Positions 52,921-62,868 of a DNA stretch of 64,000 nt are shown one piece after another (the stretch's first letter is position 1; each line of letters opens with the position of its first letter). The position numbers and the translations under genes are program-made. The notes under the pieces are model-generated. The model was not told the DNA's origin. It was given only the letters and a program-made list of their open reading frames with translations, and made no database searches. Source of the stretch: an uncultured Anaerolinea sp. (GTDB lineage Bacteria; Chloroflexota; Anaerolineae; JAAEKA01); assembly GCA_964626845.1 (NCBI GenBank), contig CAZVGR010000005.1, positions 36,557 to 100,556 on the forward strand, given 5' to 3'.

Positions 52921-53404
52921 GTCTACCTCCTGAAACTCAAACCTCAGCGCTAAGGCACCTGCGCTGCGTGCTTACTGTCGTTTTCTAACCCACTATACGC
53001 TCTACCTGGCATAAGGTTACACGCGCCTGCGCATAATTTCCCAGCGCCCAATTTCAACACTTCACGATTCTCACACAGAGACGCCAAGAGAATCTACTAA
53101 GAAACTGGCATTATGTCATGCTGAGATCCGCCGAAGCATCCCCAGTTTCTCCTTCAGTACGAATGGCGCCGCGGCGCCTTATGCAACTCAGTACTTCACG
53201 ATTTTGGTCTCACGCCAAGACGCAAAGATCACAAAGCCCAGAAAATCTTGGCGTTCTTGGCGGCTTTGCGTGAGAATCATGAACTACTGAATCTGCCTTC
53301 CATTGCGGTCTTTGCGCCTTTGCGTGAGCCAAAATCATGAAGCGCTGAATTTACCTGTTTGCCATTTCTCTGTGCTACAATCGCCGCTACAGAGGTTTTT
53401 TAGC

Positions 53405-54334
53405 ATGACACGCACAATCTTCATGGGCACCCCCGACTTTTCTGTGCCAACATTGGCGGCCCTGGTGCAGCAGGGCTATGACGTGGCAGCGGTGGTTACA
53501 CAGCCAGACCGTCCAGTCGGTCGCGGCCGGCGGCTGGAGCTTTCGCCGGTCAAAGCATTTGCCATGCAGCAGGGCCTGACCGTCTTGCAGCCCCCAACCC
53601 TCAAAGCGCCCGAGGCTGTGGCCGAGCTGGCGGAGCTGCGGCCAGATGTGATTGTGGTGGCTGCCTTTGGCCAGATCCTGCGGCCGGCCGTGCTGGATCT
53701 GCCGCCTTATGGCTGCATCAACGTTCACGCCTCGCTGCTACCGCGCTGGCGCGGCGCAGCCCCGGTGCAGGCCGCCATCCTGGCTGGCGACAAGGTGACC
53801 GGCAGCACCATCATGCGCATGGACGCGGGCATGGACACGGGACCCATCCTGGCCCAGGCTGCGCTGGCCATCCAGCCCGATGACAGCGGCGGTACGCTCA
53901 CTGCCCGGCTGGCGCAGCAGGGGGCCGATCTGCTGATCGAAACCTTGCCCCGCTGGCTGGCCGGGGAGATCAGCCCTCAGTTCCAGGACGCCAGCCTGGC
54001 CACGCTGTGCCGGCCGCTGCGCAAGGAGCAGGGTCTCATCGACTGGGCGCAGCCAGCCAGCCAGATCGCACAGGCCGTGCGCGCGTTCAACCCCTGGCCG
54101 GCCGCCAGCACGGTCTGGCAGGGACAGCCGCTCAAAATCTTACAGGCCGAGGCCCTGCCCGACCAGACTGGCAAGGAGGCAGGCCAGGTCAGGCTGGCTG
54201 GCGCGGCTGTCGTCGTCACGACGGGCGCCGGCCTGTTGCGGCTTGATCTGGTGCAGCTCGCCGGCCGCGCGGCCATGCCGGCCCAGGACTTTGTGCGCGG
54301 CCAGCGCAGCTTTGTCGGCAGCCGGCTGGGCTGA
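53405..54334 (+). CDS. fmt: Methionyl-tRNA formyltransferase
   Basis: Start MTRTIFMGTPDFSVPTL (canonical Fmt N-terminus; the track ORF starts 102 nt upstream). HASLLPRWRGAAP motif and C-terminal domain. Confidence 0.9.
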   Translation: MTRTIFMGTPDFSVPTLAALVQQGYDVAAVVTQPDRPVGRGRRLELSPVKAFAMQQGLTVLQPPTLKAPEAVAELAELRPDVIVVAAFGQILRPAVLDLPPYGCINVHASLLPRWRGAAPVQAAILAGDKVTGSTIMRMDAGMDTGPILAQAALAIQPDDSGGTLTARLAQQGADLLIETLPRWLAGEISPQFQDASLATLCRPLRKEQGLIDWAQPASQIAQAVRAFNPWPAASTVWQGQPLKILQAEALPDQTGKEAGQVRLAGAAVVVTTGAGLLRLDLVQLAGRAAMPAQDFVRGQRSFVGSRLG

Positions 54335-54360
54335 GGCGGCTTTCCCCGAAGCCCCCGCAT

Positions 54361-54389
54361 TTGGCGTTTCCCCTACCCCGTGCTATAAT
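54361..54389 (+). promoter_or_regulatory. Sigma-70-like promoter TTGGCG-N17-TATAAT for tRNA-Pro
   Basis: TATAAT ends 11 nt before the tRNA 5' end. Confidence 0.55.
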
Positions 54390-54400
54390 TGCTACTGTCT

Positions 54401-54477
<77 letters not shown>

Positions 54478-54508
54478 GATAATCACGGGTCGCTGACTTG
54501 ACTCGGTA

Positions 54509-56059
54509 GTGCCTTGGGCCGATGGCAACAGCGCTGTCGGCTCTTTTTTTGTCCAGCTTACATGCCGTTCACAGACTCCTATGGAAGCAACGGAACCTAC
54601 CAGGTGGCGCGATCGCTTCTCGCCAGACGAGTTGCAGCTTTTGCAGCAGGTGCAATGCGGCATGCCGCTGACGGCCGATATCAGCCGCGCCGATGTCATG
54701 CTGCTGGTGCTGGAAGATGATGCGGCGTTGGTCATCGCTCAGGCCCAGCCCCACTCCATCGCCTCGTTGTATCGCAGCCCCTGGATCGACCGGCTCCTGC
54801 CGCTGAACGAATACCCCTTTCTGGCAGCCGGCCTGCGAGACGGCCGCAGAACCTCAGAGCATCGCCGCAACTTGATGGAGCAGGGCACGCCCATCGTCGA
54901 ACAAGTGCTGCCGGTTGTGTCCGAGGCCGGCCGGCCGATCGCAGTGCTTCAGATTGAGACCAACCTGATCGCCTGGGAGCGGCATCGCCGGCGTCATCAG
55001 GCTTTTCGCTCGGCGGTTGGCTGGCTGCAAGAGATGACCCTGCGCGGCGAATTGGCCTGCGCACAACAGCTTAGCCGCTTCAGCGAGTGGGACGGCGTTC
55101 TGTTCGTCGATCCGGAGTACCGTATCCGCTACCTGAGCGGCATTGCCAACAATCTGTATCGGCGGCTCAACTACCTCAACGACCTGCAAGGGGAACACAT
55201 CGGCGACCTGAACACCAAAGACGAGTTGCTGGTGCGCCAGGCCTTCGAGACCGGCGGCTGCTATGAGCATGAGGTGATGGAGGGCAGCCGCTACTGGAAC
55301 CGCAAGGTGGTGCCGCTGCTCAGCTATGAGAGCAGCCGCTGGCCCTTCGCCCCCAAGACACCCAAGCCCATGCTGCGCGGCGCGCTGATCATGGTGCATG
55401 ACGAGACCGAAGAGCGGGAAAAAGCGGTCGAATTACACGTCAAGACCACCATGATCAAAGAGGTGCATCACCGGGTCAAGAACAACTTGCAGACCGTGGC
55501 CTCTATTCTGCGTATGCAAAGCCGCCGGGCTGAGAGCGCTGAGGTGCAGGTGCAGCTCAACGAGGCGGTCAACCGGGTGCTGGCGGTGGCAGTCATTCAC
55601 GAGTTCCTCTCGCGCGACGACGATCAGGCCATCAACATCCGCGACGTTTGTCAGCGTATCATCACCCAGACGCAGCGCGCCGCGGTGACGCCAGACAAAC
55701 AGATCACGCTGCGGGTGCAGGGACCGGCGATCTATCTGCCCAGCCAGCAGGCCACGGCCTGCGCCTTGGTGGCCAACGAACTGGTGCTCAACGCGCTGGA
55801 GCATGCCTTCCCCGGCCGCGAGCAAGGCGTTGTGCTCATGCAACTGGCCGACGAGGGCGATCAAGTCGTGCTGGAGGTGATTGACGACGGCGTTGGCCTG
55901 GAGGACGAGAGCGAGCAAGGGCCTAGCGGCAGCCTGGGACTGACCATCGTGCGCACGCTGGTCGAAGGCGACCTCAAAGGCCAGCTCGTGATGAAGCGAG
56001 CTGATCCAGGCACGCGCGTCATTGTGCGCTTTGGCAAGGATGTGCGCGGCGGGGGCTGA
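54509..56059 (+). CDS. Sensor histidine kinase of the HisKA_2 type (PdtaS-like: N-terminal GAF/PAS-like sensor, [10 protein letters not shown]-box, HATPase)
   Basis: H-box [23 protein letters not shown]. HATPase motifs [11 protein letters not shown] and DDGVGL. Start uncertain (GTG 54509 or ATG 54581). Confidence 0.75.
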   Translation: MPWADGNSAVGSFFVQLTCRSQTPMEATEPTRWRDRFSPDELQLLQQVQCGMPLTADISRADVMLLVLEDDAALVIAQAQPHSIASLYRSPWIDRLLPLNEYPFLAAGLRDGRRTSEHRRNLMEQGTPIVEQVLPVVSEAGRPIAVLQIETNLIAWERHRRRHQAFRSAVGWLQEMTLRGELACAQQLSRFSEWDGVLFVDPEYRIRYLSGIANNLYRRLNYLNDLQGEHIGDLNTKDELLVRQAFETGGCYEHEVMEGSRYWNRKVVPLLSYESSRWPFAPKTPKPMLRGALIMVHDETEEREKAVELHVKTTMIKEVHHRVKNNLQTVASILRMQSRRAESAEVQVQLNEAVNRVLAVAVIHEFLSRDDDQAINIRDVCQRIITQTQRAAVTPDKQITLRVQGPAIYLPSQQATACALVANELVLNALEHAFPGREQGVVLMQLADEGDQVVLEVIDDGVGLEDESEQGPSGSLGLTIVRTLVEGDLKGQLVMKRADPGTRVIVRFGKDVRGGG

Positions 56060-56193
56060 GCTGGCGCGCTGGTCAGCGCAGTCTCCAACCTTCAACGCCA
56101 TTGTACACTGCCTGTTGTCCGAATTGCCAGCTTGCCCTGTCTGGCGTATACTTCGTTTCAGTTTACACAAAGCCGCCCGTGGAGGTTATCACC

Positions 56194-56778
56194 TTGGAAC
56201 GCAAACGCATTATTATTGCCGACGACGAGGCACTTATTCGTCAGGACCTGCGCGAGATGCTCACCAACCTGGGCTACCTGGTGGTGGGCGATGTGGGCGA
56301 CGGCCGCAGCGCTGTCCACCTGGCGCGAGAGCTCAAGCCCGATCTCTTGATTATGGACATCCGCATGCCTGACATGGATGGCATCGAGGCAGCCCGCATT
56401 CTGACAGCAGAAGGGATTGCGCCGGTGCTGCTGCTGTCAGCCTACAGCCAGCGCGATCTGGTCGAGCGGGCGGCGTCGGCTGGCGTGTCGGGCTATGTCA
56501 TCAAGCCATTCGACGAGTCCAACCTGCTGCCGGCCATCGAGGTCGTGCTGGCCCGCTTCAACGAATATCAAGAGATCTCTAAGGAAGCCGCCCGGCTGGA
56601 AGAACGCCTGGAGACACGCGTCATCGTAGACCGCGCCAAGGGCATTCTGATGGACCATCGCGGCATGAGCGAGCAGGAGGCCTTCCGCAACATCCAGCGC
56701 ATCAGCATGAACAGCCGCAAATCGATGCGCGAGGTCGCCGATGCTATCATCCTGGCGCACCAAATGACTGTACCGTAG
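56194..56778 (+). CDS. Response regulator with ANTAR RNA-binding output domain (PdtaR/EutV/NasT-like)
   Basis: Proposed TTG start 8 nt after GGAGG (the track ORF begins at an upstream ATG with an implausible Cys-rich N-term). REC RIIIADDEALIRQDLREML...LLIMDIRMPDMDG. ANTAR VIVDRAKGILMDHRGMSEQEAFRNIQRISMNSRKSM. Confidence 0.8.
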   Translation: MERKRIIIADDEALIRQDLREMLTNLGYLVVGDVGDGRSAVHLARELKPDLLIMDIRMPDMDGIEAARILTAEGIAPVLLLSAYSQRDLVERAASAGVSGYVIKPFDESNLLPAIEVVLARFNEYQEISKEAARLEERLETRVIVDRAKGILMDHRGMSEQEAFRNIQRISMNSRKSMREVADAIILAHQMTVP

Positions 56779-56802
56779 CGAACAGGCCAGCAGGCATGGA
56801 GA

Positions 56803-56848
56803 TAAAAAAAGCAGCGGGCCACCTCCCAGTGGTTGCGCTGCTTTTTTG
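56803..56848. terminator. Bidirectional Rho-independent terminator (AAAAAAAGCAGCGGGCCACC...GGTTGCGCTGCTTTTTTG)
   Basis: A-tract, GC-rich hairpin, T-tract. Between convergent genes 56194-56778 (+) and 56873-57076 (-). Confidence 0.65.
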
Positions 56849-56872
56849 TTGCGGTTCGGCGAAGTCTGGCGC

Positions 56873-57076
56873 TCAACCGAGCAGGCTGCCCAGCAGTCCG
56901 AAGCCAGTCACAGACAAAGCCAGCCCGATCAGCGCAAGGATCAAAACAAGGATTACAGTCGCGATCAGACCAGCGACAAAGAAACCGCAGCCAAAGAGAA
57001 AGCCGTCGCCGAAGCTCAGCCCGGTGGGAGGCCGTTGGGGGAATTGGGACTCTGGAAGACTCTCCGGGGACGCCAT
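56873..57076 (-). CDS. Small hydrophobic membrane protein (67 aa), hypothetical
   Basis: ATG with RBS AGGAG 7 nt upstream. Two predicted TM helices (GFLFGCGFFVAGLIATVILVLILALIGLALSVTGFGLLG). Followed by a terminator. Confidence 0.4.
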   Translation of the reverse strand: MASPESLPESQFPQRPPTGLSFGDGFLFGCGFFVAGLIATVILVLILALIGLALSVTGFGLLGSLLG

Positions 57077-57118
57077 GCAACACTCCTGAGATGGTGGATA
57101 ATCGATTGAATCTGGCTG

Positions 57119-57229
57119 CGTTACTACTCAGGCATAGGCGCCGGGCACTTGAATCTGCGCCTGCAAGGATGTCTGCCGAGCTTATTCACGCTATGCAGGG
57201 GCTGCAAGTGCCCGGCACCTGAGTTGTAA
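57119..57229. mobile_element. MITE-like element family 1 (111 bp) with perfect 8-bp TSD CTGGCTGC
   Basis: Ends GTTACTACTCAGGCATAGGCGCCGGGCACTTG ... CAAGTGCCCGGCACCTGAGTTGTAAC. TSD at 57111-57118 and 57230-57237. Confidence 0.8.
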
Positions 57230-57428
57230 CCTGGCTGCGCGAATTGTAGCACACATGCAGGGCAGCTACAAGATCAGCTTTGCCATCTAAGCCTGGCTGG
57301 GCTATAATCCCCTCTGTGCGCTGGCCGTCCAGGCCGGCGTTTCCTATGTCTTTTGGCTCTCGGCGCCAGCCCTAGCGCTGGGCCGGTCTGCGCGCAGACA
57401 GCGCGTCCAGCCCCTTTCAGGAGGATAC

Positions 57429-58160
57429 GTGAAGATCTCCATTCTGATCCCGGTCTACAACGAGCAGGCTACTCTGCGCGAGATTCTGCGTCGGGTGCGC
57501 GCCGTGGATTTGACGTTCGACAAACCGTTGACTATCTACGCTGACATGCCTCTGCTGATTGAGAAGGAGATCGTCGTCGTGGACGACGGCTCCACCGACG
57601 GTTCCCAGGATATCCTGCGCGAGGAAGAGGCCAAGGGCGACCTGACGGTGGTGCTTCATCCCCGCAACCAGGGCAAGGGCGCAGCCGTGCGCACGGCCAT
57701 CGCCTCGGCCACCGGCGATATCCTGCTGATTCAGGATGCCGATCTGGAATACGACCCGCGCGACTTTCCTGCGCTGATCCTGCCCATCATCGAGGGCCGC
57801 GCAGATGTGGTCTATGGCTCGCGCTTCCTGGGCGGGCCGCGCAAGGCCATGCTTTTCTGGCACATGATCGCCAACAAGCTGATTACCCTGATGACCAATG
57901 TGCTCTACGACGCCATCCTGTCCGACGTCGAGACCTGCTACAAGGCTTTCCGCGCAGACGTGATCCAGACCATCCCGCTGCGCTCGCAACGCTTCGAGAT
58001 CGAACCTGAGATCACCGCCAAGGTACTCAAACGCGGCTACCGCATCTATGAAGTCCCAATCTCGTACACCGGGCGCGAGTACCAGGAAGGCAAGAAAATT
58101 GGCATGAAGGATGCCTTCGAGGCCGTCTGGGCATTGTTACGCTACCGTGTCGTCGAGTGA
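57429..58160 (+). CDS. Family-2 glycosyltransferase (polyprenol-phosphate sugar synthase, DPM1/CsbB-like)
   Basis: GTG start with RBS GGAGG. ISILIPVYNEQATL, VVDDGSTDGS and IQDADLEYDP motifs. Confidence 0.85.
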   Translation: MKISILIPVYNEQATLREILRRVRAVDLTFDKPLTIYADMPLLIEKEIVVVDDGSTDGSQDILREEEAKGDLTVVLHPRNQGKGAAVRTAIASATGDILLIQDADLEYDPRDFPALILPIIEGRADVVYGSRFLGGPRKAMLFWHMIANKLITLMTNVLYDAILSDVETCYKAFRADVIQTIPLRSQRFEIEPEITAKVLKRGYRIYEVPISYTGREYQEGKKIGMKDAFEAVWALLRYRVVE

Positions 58161-58204
58161 TCCGACGCTGACGTTGCCGCAACGTCCCTGAGCGAGATTG
58201 CTTC

Positions 58205-59869
58205 GTGCAGCGCTCGATTCTCTCCCCCCGCCTCAGCCCCTTGAGCGTGCGCATTAGCCGGCCGCGCACGGCCAGTTTGTCGCGCGCCGCTGTGGGCGCG
58301 GCCCTGGCTGTGGGCATTGTGCTGCGCGGCGCGCTGTTGCATCAGCCTGGCCTGCATCCCGACGAGGCCCTTTATGCCAGTTGGGCGCTGCGCATCGCCG
58401 ATGGCAGCGATCCTGCCCTGCTGGCAGTCTACGTGGACAAGCCGCCGCTGGCGCTTTACCTGCTGGCCGCCCTCTTCAGGCTGGCCGGTTTCGACGGACA
58501 AGCGCTGTTGCATCCTGGGCAGTTGATCCTGGCCGGCCGGCTGGCTGCGCTGATGGCCAGCGCCGTCAGCCTGGCCCTGCTGTGGCTGATCGCCCGCCGC
58601 GTCTATGGAGCGCGCGTCGCCCTGGCCGCGCTGACCCTGCTGGCCCTGTCGCCCTTGGCCGTCAAGCTGGCGCCGACCCTGTTCACCGACCCCTGGCTGA
58701 CGCTGTGGCTCCTGGCGGGGCTATTAGCTGCGTTGGGACAGCGCGCCTGGCTGGCCGGCATTGCTTGCGGCCTGGCCTACGCCACCAAACAGCAAGGGGT
58801 GCTCTTCTTGCCGTTGGTGCTGGCAGTCCTGCTGCTGAGCCAACCCCAGTCAGCGCCGCGCGGCACATCTGAGGCCCTCTCCCGCCGCCGCCTGGCCTGG
58901 CGCTGGCTGAACGGCTTTGCCATCGTTGCGGTCGCCGTGCTGTGGTGGGATAGCCTGCGCTGGCAGTGGATGCCCAGCTATTGGGATCGCAGCGCCCAAA
59001 CCTACGGCGGCCTGGCCCTCGCCCTGGACGCCGGCCTGACCCAACGGCTGGCCCAGTGGGGCGAGCTGTTGAGCTACGGCTTTGGCTGGCCATTCTGGCT
59101 GGCCGCGGCGGGGCTGGTCTTCTGGGCTGCAGCCAGCGTTGTTACGCGCCGCGCCACAACGCGCCAAAGCCAGCAACCGGCTTTTAGTCGTGCTGAACAG
59201 GCCTGGCGGCCCCTGGCAGCGGACAGCGTAGCCCGCTGGTTCGACCGGCTGTTGTTGGCCTACGTCCTCAGCTATCTGCTTCTGCACATCGTCACCAATC
59301 TTGCCCCGTGGGACCGGTACTTGCTGCCGCTGGCGCCGTTGCTGGCCCTGCTGCTGGCGCGCGCCCTGTTCTGGGCTTGGGATGTGATCCCCCAGCCTGC
59401 GGGCCGTGTAGGCTGGGGCCGGGCCGTGGCAGGGGTTGGCTTGGCGGCCGGCCTGCTCTATGCCGGTTACCTGGCCGGCTTTGCCCGCCTGCCCCTGAGC
59501 GATGGCGGCGCCTACGACGGCGTGCAGCAGATTGCAGCCCATGTGCGCAGCACCGAAAAATCTGACGCCATTCTCTACCATCACTGGCTGGGCTGGCATT
59601 ACAACTTCTACCTGTACGGCGCGCCGGTGGAGCTGCGCTGGTGGCAGGATCCGGCCGATCTGACCCGCAAAGCCGCCGCCGCACCGGGTCAACGCCAGTT
59701 GATTGCCTTCCCGGCCGGTCGAAGCGAGGACAGCGTGCGGGCTGCGCTGGCTGGGGCCGGGCTGGCTCTCAGCCCCGTTCTGCAAGCAGCCGATGCCCAC
59801 GGCGCGCCCTCGGTGATGTTGTACAGCATCGAACCGCTTGTGGCTGGAGCGCCGGACTATGGTCCCTGA
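58205..59869 (+). CDS. Polytopic membrane glycosyltransferase, GT39/ArnT/PMT-like
   Basis: ~12 TM. First extracytoplasmic loop contains the DE motif (HPDEALYASWA) typical of GT-C mannosyl/arabinosyl transferases. Confidence 0.7.
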   Translation: MQRSILSPRLSPLSVRISRPRTASLSRAAVGAALAVGIVLRGALLHQPGLHPDEALYASWALRIADGSDPALLAVYVDKPPLALYLLAALFRLAGFDGQALLHPGQLILAGRLAALMASAVSLALLWLIARRVYGARVALAALTLLALSPLAVKLAPTLFTDPWLTLWLLAGLLAALGQRAWLAGIACGLAYATKQQGVLFLPLVLAVLLLSQPQSAPRGTSEALSRRRLAWRWLNGFAIVAVAVLWWDSLRWQWMPSYWDRSAQTYGGLALALDAGLTQRLAQWGELLSYGFGWPFWLAAAGLVFWAAASVVTRRATTRQSQQPAFSRAEQAWRPLAADSVARWFDRLLLAYVLSYLLLHIVTNLAPWDRYLLPLAPLLALLLARALFWAWDVIPQPAGRVGWGRAVAGVGLAAGLLYAGYLAGFARLPLSDGGAYDGVQQIAAHVRSTEKSDAILYHHWLGWHYNFYLYGAPVELRWWQDPADLTRKAAAAPGQRQLIAFPAGRSEDSVRAALAGAGLALSPVLQAADAHGAPSVMLYSIEPLVAGAPDYGP

Positions 59870-62852
59870 GCAGGGCGGACGCCATCGGGAGGCCTTAGGC
59901 TGGCTGTCAGCAGCGCTGGCGCTGGCCGCGGGCGTGCTGCTGGTCTATGCGCCGCTGCTGTTGACCAACCGTGTGCTGGCCACCGGCGACGCCTTCACCT
60001 ACTTCACCCCGTATCGTGACTATGCCAACGCAGCCCTCAGCGCCGGCCGGCTGCCGCTGTGGAACCCCTATCTCTTCTTGGGCGTGCCCTTCCTGGCCAA
60101 CCCCCAGACCGCCATCTTCTACCCGCTGCACTGGCCCTTGATTGCGCTGCCAGCCGCCCAGAGCCTGTTGGCAGCGTTAGCCCTGCACCTCTGGCTGACC
60201 GGCATGGGGGCGGTGGTTTATGGGCGGCAGGTGGCGCGGCTGGGCTGGCTGGCAGCAGTGACCATCGGCCTGATCTGGAGCTTGAGCGGCTATGTGGGGG
60301 CGCGCGCCGGCCAGATCAACCAGGTCAGCGTCATCGCCTGGCTGCCCTGGCTGCTGACCCTGCTGGAGCTCAGCGCTCCCCGCTGGCGTTTGACCGCTGA
60401 CGGCCTGCCCACTGACCAGATGGGGCTTCGTTTCCGCTGGCTGGCCTTCGCGGCGTTGGCGTTGGTCATTGCGCTGCAACTGCTGGCCGGCCACACCCAG
60501 TCTTCCTTTATTAACCTGACCGGCCTGCTGCTGGCGGCGGTCTGGCCGGGGCTGGCGGCGCTGTTGCTGCTCCTGTGGACGGCCGTGCGGCGGCAACGCT
60601 CCCGCCTGGAATGGGCAGCTTTGCACGCCGCTGCTGGCCGGGTGTTGGTCGTGCTGAGCGCCGTGGCGCTCGGCTTTGCGCTGTCGGCGGTACAGCTTCT
60701 GCCAACGCTGGAACTGTCGGAGCTGTCGATCCGCAGCGGCGGTCTGTCCTGGCGCGAGGCGGTCTCGTTTTCCTTGCAACCGCGCGGCCTGCTGTTGACG
60801 TTGCTGCCCAGCTACGGCGAAAATCTGGCCGATCACTTTGCCACGCCGGCTTATGGCGAGTATGTGGCCTATGTCGGCGTGGTCGGGCTGCTCTTAGCGC
60901 TGCTGGCCCTGGCGCGTTGGCGCAACAGCGCCGGCCGCCGGCCGCTGAGCTCGCCCTGGGGACTGGCTGCAGCCCTGGCCCTGGCAGGCTTGGCCCTGGC
61001 GCTGGGCGCGTTCAACCCCCTCTACCTGATCCTGGTCAAGATTGTGCCCGGTTTCGACCTGTTCCGCGCCCCGGCGCGCTGGATGGCGCTCTACACCTTC
61101 GGCGTCAGCGTGCTGGCTGGCTACGGCGTGGCTGCGTTGGCGCAGGTGAGGCTGGCACAGTGGCGCTGGCCCGGCCTGCCTCAGGGCCGGCGCCGCTGGC
61201 TGGTTGCAGCCTTGACATTGACAGCCGCAGCCCTGCTGGCCGTACAACACTGGCCGGGCTGGACGACGGCGGCGCTGTGGCTGGCAGTGGGCGTTGCGGC
61301 AGTGGGCGTTGCAGCCTGGCAGACCCGACAGCCGCGGGCTGTGCTGCTGCTGGCCCCCTTGCTGCTGATCGAGCTGGCAGCCGCCAGCCTGGCGCTGGAG
61401 CACCGGCGCCCCACAGCGCCTGAGGCCATCACCAGCCTGCGCACCGCTCCCGCTCACCTGCTGGCCGCCGCCCAACAGGCCGAGCGCGAAGGCCGCATCC
61501 CTGGTCGTTTCCTCAGCATCTCTGGCATCACCTACGACCCTGGCGACCTGGCCGAGATCGAGCAGATCTTCAGCGGCCGCCTGCCCGAACAGGCCATCTA
61601 TGACCTGGTGGTGGCCAGCAAGCTGCAAGAGATCGTGGCGCCCAACCTGCCGCTGCTCTGGCGTTTGCCAGCCGTGGACGGCTACGACGGCGGCGTGCTG
61701 CCGCTGCGGCGTTATGTGGACTTGCAGACGCTGTTCATTCCGGCTGGCCAATTGGCCGAAGACGGCCGGCTGCGCGAGCAGCTCCAGACCGTGCCGCCCA
61801 GCCGGCTGCTGCGCCTGTTGGGCGTCGAACATGTGCTCACCGACAAGGGCTTCGATGTGTGGTGGGATGATGTGTACTACGATCTGGAACTGAGCACGCG
61901 GCTCCAGCCGGGTGAGGCTGTGACCGTGCTGGAGGCTGATCGGCTGGAGGCTACCGGGCTGGGGCTGTGGAGCTATCTGGAAGGCGGCGCGGCCTTGCCC
62001 GACGGCGCGCCTGTGGCTGAGGTGTGGGTGGAGGGGAGGGACGACGGACGAGCCTTGACGCTGCGCGCCGGCCAGGACACGGCCGAAGGGCTATGGCGCA
62101 CAGACACGGCCCACGCCCAGCCTGCTGCGCGCCGGCCCTGGCCGCGCGAGCAGGCCGGCTGGGACTACCTGGCCCGCGCCGATTGGTCTGAGCCATTGCT
62201 GCCGCTGCGCATCGTCGTGCGCAACGTGGCAGCGGAGGGCGACCTGATCCTGCGCGGCATCAGCCTGCTGGACGAACGCACAGGAACTCATGCCGCCTTG
62301 ACGATGCCAGCCGACGGCCAGTTTCGCCGCGTCCATTCGGGCGATGTGAAGATCTATCAAAACGTCCAGGCGTTGCCGCGGGCCTACCTGGCCGGCCAGG
62401 TCCTGGCAGCCGACGATGATGCAGCCGCACTGGCTGTGCTGGCCGGCCCTGAGTTCGAGCCTGCCAGGCAGGTGGTGGTGTTGGCCGAAGAGTTGGCTGC
62501 GGCGGGGCTGCTGGCGCTGGCGGCGCGGCTTGACAACCCCGCCGTCACAGGCGCTGTCCAGGTGACCGAATACCAGCCGGAAGAGGTTGTGCTGGACGTC
62601 AGGCTGGAGGCGCCTGGTGTATTGGTGTTGGCTGATACCTGGTATCCTGGTTGGCGGGCGACGGTGGACGGCGCGCCCGCGACGCTGCTGCGCGCCAACT
62701 ATCTGTTTCGGGCGCTGCTGCTGCCAGCCGGCCAGCATCGCGTCCAGTTCGAGTACCGGCCGGCTTCGCTCAGCCGCGGCGCTGGCATCAGCCTGGCTGC
62801 GGCGGTGCTGCTGGCGCTCATCGGCGCTGTGGGCGTGCGCCGGCGAGCGTGA
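59838..62852 (+). CDS. YfhO-family membrane protein (GT-C-like; large polytopic N-terminal domain + extracytoplasmic C-terminal domain)
   Basis: 1004 aa. N-terminus VLATGDAFTYFTPYRDYANAALSAGRLPLWNPYLFLGVPFLANPQTAIFYP typical of YfhO. Overlaps the upstream gene by 11-32 nt (alternative start 59859). Confidence 0.75.
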   Translation: MWLERRTMVPEQGGRHREALGWLSAALALAAGVLLVYAPLLLTNRVLATGDAFTYFTPYRDYANAALSAGRLPLWNPYLFLGVPFLANPQTAIFYPLHWPLIALPAAQSLLAALALHLWLTGMGAVVYGRQVARLGWLAAVTIGLIWSLSGYVGARAGQINQVSVIAWLPWLLTLLELSAPRWRLTADGLPTDQMGLRFRWLAFAALALVIALQLLAGHTQSSFINLTGLLLAAVWPGLAALLLLLWTAVRRQRSRLEWAALHAAAGRVLVVLSAVALGFALSAVQLLPTLELSELSIRSGGLSWREAVSFSLQPRGLLLTLLPSYGENLADHFATPAYGEYVAYVGVVGLLLALLALARWRNSAGRRPLSSPWGLAAALALAGLALALGAFNPLYLILVKIVPGFDLFRAPARWMALYTFGVSVLAGYGVAALAQVRLAQWRWPGLPQGRRRWLVAALTLTAAALLAVQHWPGWTTAALWLAVGVAAVGVAAWQTRQPRAVLLLAPLLLIELAAASLALEHRRPTAPEAITSLRTAPAHLLAAAQQAEREGRIPGRFLSISGITYDPGDLAEIEQIFSGRLPEQAIYDLVVASKLQEIVAPNLPLLWRLPAVDGYDGGVLPLRRYVDLQTLFIPAGQLAEDGRLREQLQTVPPSRLLRLLGVEHVLTDKGFDVWWDDVYYDLELSTRLQPGEAVTVLEADRLEATGLGLWSYLEGGAALPDGAPVAEVWVEGRDDGRALTLRAGQDTAEGLWRTDTAHAQPAARRPWPREQAGWDYLARADWSEPLLPLRIVVRNVAAEGDLILRGISLLDERTGTHAALTMPADGQFRRVHSGDVKIYQNVQALPRAYLAGQVLAADDDAAALAVLAGPEFEPARQVVVLAEELAAAGLLALAARLDNPAVTGAVQVTEYQPEEVVLDVRLEAPGVLVLADTWYPGWRATVDGAPATLLRANYLFRALLLPAGQHRVQFEYRPASLSRGAGISLAAAVLLALIGAVGVRRRA

Positions 62853-62868
62853 CCTGTTGAGGTGAAGT

